A model generated the notes under the pieces. The model was given only the letters and a program-made list of their open reading frames with translations, was not told the origin of the DNA and did not search any database. The position numbers and the translations under genes were made by a program. A DNA stretch of 16,638 nucleotides, taken from contig CAYMPD010000016.1 in NCBI GenBank assembly GCA_964392445.1, forward strand, positions 9,858 to 26,495, in the 5' to 3' direction. Positions within the stretch are counted from its first letter, which is position 1. Each line of letters starts with the position of its first letter. This DNA is from an uncultured archaeon. GTDB lineage: Archaea > Aenigmatarchaeota > Aenigmatarchaeia > CG10238-14. Below are positions 7,689 to 14,956 of this stretch, piece by piece.

Positions 7689-8765
7689 TTGAGAATGGTT
7701 GACATGTTAGAACACTTCACTGCCTTAGATTTGGTAAGAATTTCTATTTTTACTATTTTTGGTTCTATCATTTCTTATTATGATATTAAAGAAAAGAAAA
7801 TATATAATAAGCATCTATTAGTCATGTTTATTTTAGGGCTTGTTTTATTTTTTGCTGGCCTTAAATTTTTCTTAATACCAGTTTTTCTAATAAATTTCTT
7901 TCTTTCTCTTTTTTTTGGATTCTTGTTTTGGAAAATGAAAATTTGGAAACCAGGTGATGCTAAACTATTTTCTATATGCTCGATATATTTACCGTTTAAG
8001 TTCTATTCTTCTTTTATAACTTCTCAAATTATTCTGACGAATTTATTCTTAGTGGCGTTCTTTGTATGGGTTATACCTGTTTTAATAAGGACAGATAAAA
8101 ATGCAAAAAAAAAGTCTATTAAACAGGTTTTCAATATAAAGAATATATTTGAGGTATTTTTAACTATTTTCGGTTTATTTTATTTCATAGGACAATTTTT
8201 CACTCTTTTTGACCTTAATTTAATGTACGAATTTGGATATTTCATTACTTTACTTTTTACTTTTTTTCTTTTTGTATTGATTAAGAAGATTTTGCCAGAT
8301 AAAACATTTTATTTTCTGTTATTCTTAACTATAATTAGGTTTTTTGTAGATCCTTCAATATTTGAAATAAATTTTTGGCTGGATTCTTTCTTGAGTATGA
8401 TGGTTATTTTAATTGCTTCTTGGATTGGAGAAATAGCTTATTATATATCTTATGAGAAAAAGAAGGTATCTAATTTGGAAGAAGGGGATATCCCAGTTGG
8501 TTTTGTTACAGAGGGAAAGAGATTAAGAGATTTTGAGAAGTTTATCGAACAAAATTTTGATAATAAAGAAAGAATATTAGAAGATGGTTTAAATGATAAG
8601 GAAATTGGCAAGATCAATAATTTTGAAAGGATAAAATTTATGTTTGTTAAAGAATATATAAGCTTTGCACCATGGTTAATATTATCAACAATTCTGGCAT
8701 CTGTATTGGGTACAGATATTTTCCTATTTTTCATATCCCAGATTTATAGGAGATTTTATGAATGA
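7689..8765 (+). CDS. A24-family (prepilin/preflagellin, FlaK/PibD-like) intramembrane aspartic peptidase
   Basis: Multi-pass membrane protein with first catalytic-Asp motif SYYDIKEKKIYN (D32), second motif WKPGDAKL (D90), a soluble C-terminal insert VSNLEEGDIP and a terminal ISFAPWL helix. The likely start is ATG 7695 or 7704 rather than TTG 7689. Confidence 0.8.
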   Translation: MRMVDMLEHFTALDLVRISIFTIFGSIISYYDIKEKKIYNKHLLVMFILGLVLFFAGLKFFLIPVFLINFFLSLFFGFLFWKMKIWKPGDAKLFSICSIYLPFKFYSSFITSQIILTNLFLVAFFVWVIPVLIRTDKNAKKKSIKQVFNIKNIFEVFLTIFGLFYFIGQFFTLFDLNLMYEFGYFITLLFTFFLFVLIKKILPDKTFYFLLFLTIIRFFVDPSIFEINFWLDSFLSMMVILIASWIGEIAYYISYEKKKVSNLEEGDIPVGFVTEGKRLRDFEKFIEQNFDNKERILEDGLNDKEIGKINNFERIKFMFVKEYISFAPWLILSTILASVLGTDIFLFFISQIYRRFYE

Positions 8766-10617
8766 TCGGTTTCAAACTAAGTATATATTGGTAATTCTAG
8801 TGGTGGGAATCACCATATCTTCCCTTATTTTGCGATCACCTATGAAAATAGGTGATCATATTTTCGAAAAATTAAGTTCCACCTGGCCTATGTTCAGAGG
8901 TGATATATACAGGACAGGGAATTTTGATGGTCTACAAATTGATGAATTTCCTATTTTGATGGATTATGATAAGAGCTGTAAAGATTGTTTAATCTTCAAA
9001 ATTTATGGTAATATAATGGAAAATGAAAGTAAAATAACTGCAAACTTTTCTATAGGGAGAAAAATGAGTTCTATTGCTAAGAAAGTCCCTTTAAATTTAA
9101 GTAGATCTAAGATCGAAGATGAGATAGTCACAATTCAAGTGATAAGATATCAAATATCTGATAAAAACATACTAAAGCCTGAGAAATGGGGTAATTATAT
9201 AATGGACTTTCAGAATGGGTCGGGAACAAGAGAACTCTACTTCCATGAAGGGGAGTATTTTAGTGTGTCACTGGATTTCTTAAATTTTATAGAAGAATCC
9301 GGTTTTCAGGAAAAAGATAATTTTATATTGTCTGACAATGGATTTGACTTTTGGATTTTTGATGGAAGAATTGAAAATAATTTAGATAAAAAATACTTGC
9401 TGGGGAAACCGGATGAAGATTATTTGGATGAAGATTCCATATCTTTATCAAGATCTTCGTCTCGTTTACAAATGCTCACTATTGGGAGTCAAGCTAACGA
9501 GAAAAATAAACAGGATTTTTTTTCAGACGATAATGTTTTTGACCCTTCCCCGATTTTCATAGATTTGAATTCAGATGGTAATGATGAAATAATAACCTAT
9601 TTCAAAAATACTGTTTATAATAATACACAGAAGACCAGAACTTGGGAAGATATGATACTGGCGATTGAATATAAAGAAAATCCAACTCTAATGGAAAGTT
9701 TGGAATTCGGTAATGTCCCTTATATAATGAGTTGGAGATTCATATTATCCGATGAAGTACATACTTCTTTTTCGGCTGGGGATATCAGTTTGGATGGGTC
9801 CCCGGAAATTATTTTCGGCTCTGACGATGGGAATTTATATGTTTTAGATAATAATGGAAATTTGAGATGGAAATTTGACTCTCGGGGAAAAATTAGAAGT
9901 ACCCCCGCAATAGGTGATCTCGATTTTGATAATAAATATGAAATTATTTTCGGCTCTGACGATGGGAATCTATATGTTTTAGACAATAAAGGAAATTTGA
10001 AATGGAAATTTGAGACAGAAAGTATTATAAGATCGAGCCCATTATTTTTTTTGGAAAATTCATCTTCTATAATTACTTTCGGTTCTGACGACGGAAATTT
10101 ATACCTTCTAGATAATAGGGGAAATTTAAGATGTAAGTATGAAACTAGCGGTAAAATAAGAAGCTCCCCTCTGTATTACAATGGAAGTATAATTTTCGGT
10201 TCTGACGACGGTAATATTTATATATTAAACACGGAATGCAACTTAATTAAAAAATATAGAACTAATGATATGGTAAGAAGCTCCCCCTCGTTATTTAATG
10301 GCGAATTTACTATTGGATCAAAAGATGGTAATATTTATTATTTTGATTATAATCAGATTACTAAAAGAATGTTAAATGCGTCGATAATATCAATTCCTGT
10401 GGTTTTAGGGAGCAAATCTTTAGTTTCTACTATTGAGGGGGACATATATTTAATTAATTCCAGATCTGATGAATTACTATTAGATTTGGAAAATGTAAAT
10501 AATTTTTCTTGTTCACCTGCTCTGGGAAAAGTGGAAGAGGGGATAGTATTTTCTTGTTTTTTTATTAAGGAGAGTGCTGATACTAAATATTCGGGTTTTT
10601 TTATTCATACTATATAA
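8758..10617 (+). CDS. Membrane-anchored PQQ-like/FG-GAP beta-propeller repeat protein (619 aa)
   Basis: N-terminal hydrophobic helix (YILVILVVGITISSLIL), WPMFRGDIYRTG motif, five FGSDDGNLY-type blades with RS[ST]P ends, and Ca-binding-like loops DLNSDGNDE, DISLDGSPE, DLDFDNKYE. Overlaps the upstream gene by 8 nt and the downstream gene by 1 nt (TAATG). Confidence 0.8.
   Translation: MNDRFQTKYILVILVVGITISSLILRSPMKIGDHIFEKLSSTWPMFRGDIYRTGNFDGLQIDEFPILMDYDKSCKDCLIFKIYGNIMENESKITANFSIGRKMSSIAKKVPLNLSRSKIEDEIVTIQVIRYQISDKNILKPEKWGNYIMDFQNGSGTRELYFHEGEYFSVSLDFLNFIEESGFQEKDNFILSDNGFDFWIFDGRIENNLDKKYLLGKPDEDYLDEDSISLSRSSSRLQMLTIGSQANEKNKQDFFSDDNVFDPSPIFIDLNSDGNDEIITYFKNTVYNNTQKTRTWEDMILAIEYKENPTLMESLEFGNVPYIMSWRFILSDEVHTSFSAGDISLDGSPEIIFGSDDGNLYVLDNNGNLRWKFDSRGKIRSTPAIGDLDFDNKYEIIFGSDDGNLYVLDNKGNLKWKFETESIIRSSPLFFLENSSSIITFGSDDGNLYLLDNRGNLRCKYETSGKIRSSPLYYNGSIIFGSDDGNIYILNTECNLIKKYRTNDMVRSSPSLFNGEFTIGSKDGNIYYFDYNQITKRMLNASIISIPVVLGSKSLVSTIEGDIYLINSRSDELLLDLENVNNFSCSPALGKVEEGIVFSCFFIKESADTKYSGFFIHTI
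9805..10013 (+). repeat. Intragenic direct repeat: two 74-bp copies (9805-9878 and 9940-10013), 135-bp period, encoding propeller blades
   Basis: The first 30 bp (gaaattattttcggctctgacgatgggaat) are identical and there are 4 mismatches over 74 bp by manual comparison. Confidence 0.9.
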
Positions 10618-11600
10618 TGGGAAGGATTATGGAAGTTGAGGGCTTGAATGTAAATTTTGGACATTCCTGTAATAATAATTGTATTCATTGTTTAATAGGA
10701 CAAGAAATGAGGACAAAATATAGAGACCGGACTACAGAAGAAATCAAAGAACTTCTTTTAGAGGCCAGTAAAAAGACAAATTACACTATATTTATAGGAG
10801 GGGAAGCTACACTAAGAAGGGATTTTTTAGAATTACTTGAATTTGCAAAAAGTTTAGGATTGAATATACATTTAGAAACAAATGGTAGAATGTTTTCTAT
10901 AAAAAGTTTTGCGAGGAGAGTATTTCAAATAGATCCTAATCTTGATATTGTGATGAGTTTTCATCACACTTGCCCTAATATACAGGACAAAATCACGGGT
11001 GTTAAGGGCTCTTTTAAACAAAGTGTTAAAGGTATGGAAAATATCAGAAAATTTGGAAAAGGAGGAGATGGGGAATTAGGAGTGATTTGTGTCATTACTA
11101 AATTAAATTATAAAAACCTATCAGAACTTGTAACTTTTTTGAATAGTAAAAGTATTGATCAATTAGATTTTACTTTAATGAGAATTGGGGGAGACGCTCT
11201 TGAAAATTTTGATAAAATATTTGTTCCAATAAAGGAGATTCAGCCTTACTTGTTTGAGGCTATAAAAAAATCAAGGAAATTGGATATAAGAACAAAAACC
11301 TATGGCTTTCCTTTCTGTACCATAAAAGGGTATGAAAAGTATGCGGTTGAAGTTGGTTTTATTGAAAGTTTGATTAAGAAAAAGAAGTTTGTATTTTGGG
11401 AGTTAAATGAAAGAATTGAGTGGCATAAAACGAGATTAGAGATAAAAACCAAATTATCTAGGTGCCTAGACTGTAAATATTATAATATCTGTGAAGGTCT
11501 TTGGAAAGAATATATGTTATTGGAACCTGAAATATTAAAACCAATTAAAGGTAGAAGATTGAAAAGCCAGAAAGAGACATCGAAATTACTTGGAAAGTGA
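10617..11600 (+). CDS. HxsC-like radical SAM protein, paralogue 3 (327 aa)
   Basis: GHSCNNNCIHC, FIGGEATLR, ETNGRMF, QDKITGVKGSF, FPFC and CLDCKYYNICEGLW...LKP. Confidence 0.85.
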   Translation: MGRIMEVEGLNVNFGHSCNNNCIHCLIGQEMRTKYRDRTTEEIKELLLEASKKTNYTIFIGGEATLRRDFLELLEFAKSLGLNIHLETNGRMFSIKSFARRVFQIDPNLDIVMSFHHTCPNIQDKITGVKGSFKQSVKGMENIRKFGKGGDGELGVICVITKLNYKNLSELVTFLNSKSIDQLDFTLMRIGGDALENFDKIFVPIKEIQPYLFEAIKKSRKLDIRTKTYGFPFCTIKGYEKYAVEVGFIESLIKKKKFVFWELNERIEWHKTRLEIKTKLSRCLDCKYYNICEGLWKEYMLLEPEILKPIKGRRLKSQKETSKLLGK

Positions 11601-11617
11601 TAAAATCCAATCTTACA

Positions 11618-12010
11618 TCAACCGTAATTTAGTACAATATAGTTCTTATGACTAGCATTGGCACTTCTATGGTTGTTTCCATGTCCCCATCCAGCAGACC
11701 CACTACCAGAATTGCCACTACCATGATTACTTGCGTCACAATGGCTAGCTGGAACACCATCAGCTGATGAATGCGCTTCAGAGCTCCAATGCCCCCACCC
11801 ACCCCTCGTACCACTATTATGCGCTTCCGAATGCCCCGGATCACAATGATCATGTTTAGAAGAAATATCAGCGCCCATACCTTTTGAGAACAGATTCAAT
11901 GCTTCAAATCCAGCAAACATTGCACCCATGGAAATCAACGCTTGCTTTGAAGCACCCCCTGATTCTCCAAGTATGAATGATTTTAATTCTTTTTTTATTT
12001 TGGGTAACAT
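11618..12010 (-). CDS. hxsA: His-Xaa-Ser repeat precursor peptide (HxsA-like, ~130 aa)
   Basis: Basic leader and hydrophobic segment, then a G/S/H-rich core with 11 His, including HNS, HWS, HSS, HGS, HRS, HGN, HKN and two HCD. The ORF track starts at TTG 12031. ATG 12010 (MLPKIKK) is preferred because minus-strand TTTATTAA (12035-12042) ends 24 nt upstream; ATG 12019 is also possible. Confidence 0.8.
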   Translation of the reverse strand: MLPKIKKELKSFILGESGGASKQALISMGAMFAGFEALNLFSKGMGADISSKHDHCDPGHSEAHNSGTRGGWGHWSSEAHSSADGVPASHCDASNHGSGNSGSGSAGWGHGNNHRSANASHKNYIVLNYG

Positions 12011-12089
12011 ACTATACATAATTATATTCAATTATTAATAAATTTATCTAGGTAATAATATTTGCAGGTAGGAATTGGAGGTTCATTGA
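12011..12089. promoter_or_regulatory. Divergent promoter region between the precursor and hxsD2, with SD for hxsD2
   Basis: Minus-strand TATA-like TTTATTAA at 12035-12042. Plus-strand GGAGGT at 12077-12082, 7 nt before ATG 12090. Confidence 0.55.
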
Positions 12090-12641
12090 ATGAAAGAAGC
12101 TAAAAAAATAGATGTAAATAAAACTAAAAATGAAGTTATAATCAAAATAAATCCGAAAATATATCCCTTACCAATAGTTTATCAAACATCTGATGTTTTC
12201 ATAGATAAATCATATGTTTTCCTGGATGGTGATCCCGAAGAGGAAATAGAAGTAATGATAAAACCCAAAGAGAAAGGAGTTGATTTAAAAAAGATAGCTG
12301 GTGATTTCAATAATGAATTATTGAATTATTCTGCATATTTCATAAGATCTCAAATGAACAAAGACTTCAGACATATTATATTGGAGAAAGCACTTTCTAC
12401 TGTAGAGAGGGGAGGTAGCAAGATAAAAGAAAAAACTCAGGAAAAGCAAAAGATAGACATAGGACTTAAAGTTCCGTTGTATAAAGCAGAAGAATCCTCC
12501 GAAAATAGAGCTGACAATGAAGAATTCGATGAGGATGAAATAAGAAAAGTCTGGGAAGAACAAAAAGGTGCAATAAAAGATAAGTCTAAAAGAACTAAAA
12601 CCAAGGCCAACAAAGAGGACAGCAATGAAAAGAAAGATTAA
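12090..12641 (+). CDS. hxsD: HxsD-like protein (long form, 183 aa, charged C-terminal tail)
   Basis: INPKIYPL...DKSYVFLDGDPEEEIEVMIKPK...DFNNELLNY...IILEKAL fits HxsD. The acidic/basic tail contains EIRKVWEE. Adjacent to the precursor and overlapping the next radical SAM gene by 17 nt. Confidence 0.8.
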   Translation: MKEAKKIDVNKTKNEVIIKINPKIYPLPIVYQTSDVFIDKSYVFLDGDPEEEIEVMIKPKEKGVDLKKIAGDFNNELLNYSAYFIRSQMNKDFRHIILEKALSTVERGGSKIKEKTQEKQKIDIGLKVPLYKAEESSENRADNEEFDEDEIRKVWEEQKGAIKDKSKRTKTKANKEDSNEKKD

Positions 12642-13623
12642 TAAAGTCGATATAAAATTTGGCTACTCCTGTAATAATAATTGTATACATTGTGTAGTGG
12701 CTGGTCACAAAGAAAGACTTAAAGAAAATAATCTATCGATAGATAGGACAACTAAGGAAATCAAAAAAATTATTTCTGAAGTTAAAGAAAGAGGAGCTAA
12801 CTCCCTCGTGTTCACCGGAGGAGAAGTCACAATACGAGAGGATTTTTTAGATCTATTGAAATACACTAAAAATCTAGATTTAATTATAGGGCTACAGACG
12901 AATGGGAGAATGTTTCATAAAAAGAGTTTTGTTAAAAAAACTTTAAAAATAGCTCCAGATATGCATTTCGAAATCGCTCTTCATTCTGATAAAGAGGAGA
13001 ATCATGATAAAATAACTAAAACTAAAGGTTCTTGGAAACAAACAATAGAGGGTATTAAAAATCTTAAGAGGAATGGAGTCACTAAACTGAATCTGAAGAT
13101 AGTTATTTCGAGATTGAATTATAAAGATTTAGTAGGTATAGTTGAACTTTCAGATAAATTAAATGTAAAACAAATAGATATAGCTTTTCCCCATGGAATG
13201 GGTAATGCTTTGAGAAATTGGCAGGATGTGATCCCAAAGTATAATGAGATAATGGAATATATATTGAAAGCAATAGAATTAGCGAATGAAAAAGATATAT
13301 TTATTAGTTTGGAGGCGGTCCCTTTTTGTTTCTTGGTAGGTTTTGAAAGACATGTTAGTGAGCTAAGATATCTTCATGATTCTTTAGAGGGAAATATCTC
13401 AGAATTAATGCAAATAGGTGACCCAACTTGTGACTGGCATAAGGTAAGATGTAATATTAAGAATAAAACAATAGATTGTAAGGACTGTAAATATTTTTAT
13501 ATATGTGAAGGTGTTTGGGAAGAATATATTGAATTACATGGATCAAAAGAACTTAAACCAGTTAAAGGTAAAAAAATAAGAACTAAAGCTGACTTACAAG
13601 ATATTATTAAGAAATCTAAATGA
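12625..13623 (+). CDS. hxsC: HxsC-like radical SAM protein, paralogue 4 (332 aa), coupled to hxsD
   Basis: GYSCNNNCIHC, FTGGEVTIR, QTNGRMF, HDKITKTKGSW, HGMGNALRN, VPFC and CKDCKYFYICEGVW...ELKP. GAGGA precedes the start inside the hxsD 3' end. Confidence 0.82.
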   Translation: MKRKINKVDIKFGYSCNNNCIHCVVAGHKERLKENNLSIDRTTKEIKKIISEVKERGANSLVFTGGEVTIREDFLDLLKYTKNLDLIIGLQTNGRMFHKKSFVKKTLKIAPDMHFEIALHSDKEENHDKITKTKGSWKQTIEGIKNLKRNGVTKLNLKIVISRLNYKDLVGIVELSDKLNVKQIDIAFPHGMGNALRNWQDVIPKYNEIMEYILKAIELANEKDIFISLEAVPFCFLVGFERHVSELRYLHDSLEGNISELMQIGDPTCDWHKVRCNIKNKTIDCKDCKYFYICEGVWEEYIELHGSKELKPVKGKKIRTKADLQDIIKKSK

Positions 13624-13667
13624 TGATTGATAAATAATTTATTCTTACAACTATAAAATTTATTTAA

Positions 13668-14750
13668 ATGAAAAACGAAATTAGAGTTATGAATCTAAAA
13701 AATGCATCTAGCCTAAATAAGATGTTGAGTTTATTTATAATATTTTTCATGTTAGTTCTAGTATCCAATCAAATATTTGCTCAAGAATGTGGTGATGGGA
13801 GTGGGAGTGATTGCGATACTACCTGTTATGTTTCAGTAAATTTACATGAGGGGTATTCTAGTGAGACTAGCCCCTCTGGTACAAACTTTACCTCTATTCA
13901 TTCTTCAACATCTGGCTCCTGTAGTGATACTAGTGCCTATAGTTTTACATTCGATTTAGATGACCAAGAAACAAACTGGGATAATAGATTATGTTATGGG
14001 TTCAGTGATTCAGCTTATTTTTATGCTTATGGGATAGAAGACGATTATGATTCTACCGACTATCAATTTTTATTCAATACCTCTGAAGTTTCATGTAATG
14101 ACGCTTTAAACATTACCTTCAGAAATTCTACTTCACATGTAACTCAAAATGGAAAAGTCACAGTATACGAAGCAGGTACATCTACTATACTGGGCTGGGG
14201 AAATACAACTGAGACAGGTCAAGTCGTATTTGGTTTGAATAGTACCAAAATATATGATTTCAAAATAGAGACTGATGAATATCAACAAAATATATGGTTT
14301 AGGAATGCAAGAGTCCCTGATACAATAGATGTTTCAGAAAACAAAAAATGGGTTCCAGAATCTACAACAGCTGCCAATAAGAAATTCACAGCAGGTCATA
14401 TCGTACCCACAGAGATGCATATTCTTGCTCCCTATGGAAAATACCCAATAGAAAACATAAGTATAGATAATCCACTTCCAGCAAATATAACTTTTGCGGG
14501 AAATGTAGTTGTTGAAAAACATACTTCAAGTGGGACCTCTACATGTGATAAAATACCAGATTCTTCGACGAGCTTTCTTATTGATAAAACCGACTGTGCA
14601 TTTTTATCTTCTTTGAATGTCACGGATCATGAGTGGTTGAGGGTACATTACAGAATCAAGTTGGCTGGTCCTGAGGCCTATTCAAGTGTAGGTGAAGAAA
14701 AAAATTATACCTTAAATGCAGCTGTATTGAGATTTGATGTCCCAATTTGA
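13668..14750 (+). CDS. Secreted/cell-surface glycoprotein-like protein (360 aa) with a possible DUF11-like C-terminal domain
   Basis: Signal-peptide-like MLSLFIIFFMLVLVSNQIFA. The mature part has 8 Cys and 10 N-x-S/T sequons. ISIDNPLPANITF resembles the DUF11-type D-x-L-P motif. The start may be a downstream ATG. Confidence 0.7.
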   Translation: MKNEIRVMNLKNASSLNKMLSLFIIFFMLVLVSNQIFAQECGDGSGSDCDTTCYVSVNLHEGYSSETSPSGTNFTSIHSSTSGSCSDTSAYSFTFDLDDQETNWDNRLCYGFSDSAYFYAYGIEDDYDSTDYQFLFNTSEVSCNDALNITFRNSTSHVTQNGKVTVYEAGTSTILGWGNTTETGQVVFGLNSTKIYDFKIETDEYQQNIWFRNARVPDTIDVSENKKWVPESTTAANKKFTAGHIVPTEMHILAPYGKYPIENISIDNPLPANITFAGNVVVEKHTSSGTSTCDKIPDSSTSFLIDKTDCAFLSSLNVTDHEWLRVHYRIKLAGPEAYSSVGEEKNYTLNAAVLRFDVPI

Positions 14751-14956
14751 TAGTTGAAAAAAAATTCTAACTTGTTCAAAACAAATTTCTTTTGATTTGT
14801 TCTATAATTTATTTAATCGGGAATTTCTAAAATAATATCTAACTAACTGGGGGATGGGATATAAATTAGACACGATTTTATTAATTTTAATTATTTAGTT
14901 CTGTCAACTTTTTCATATTCATTATTGTCTCTTCTAAACTTCATATTCTTTCTTTT

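Noticed and set aside
11629-11853. 74-aa same-strand alternative-frame ORF inside the precursor core (MIIVIRGIRKRIIVVRG...)
   Set aside because: Its repeats and hydrophobicity follow from shifting the His/Ser/Gly codons by one base. It has no independent start signal.
14778-14800. Short inverted repeat aacaaat...atttgtt after the 360-aa gene (similar weak atctata/tatagat in the 7556-7688 gap)
   Set aside because: 7-bp A/T-rich arms are expected by chance at this base composition.
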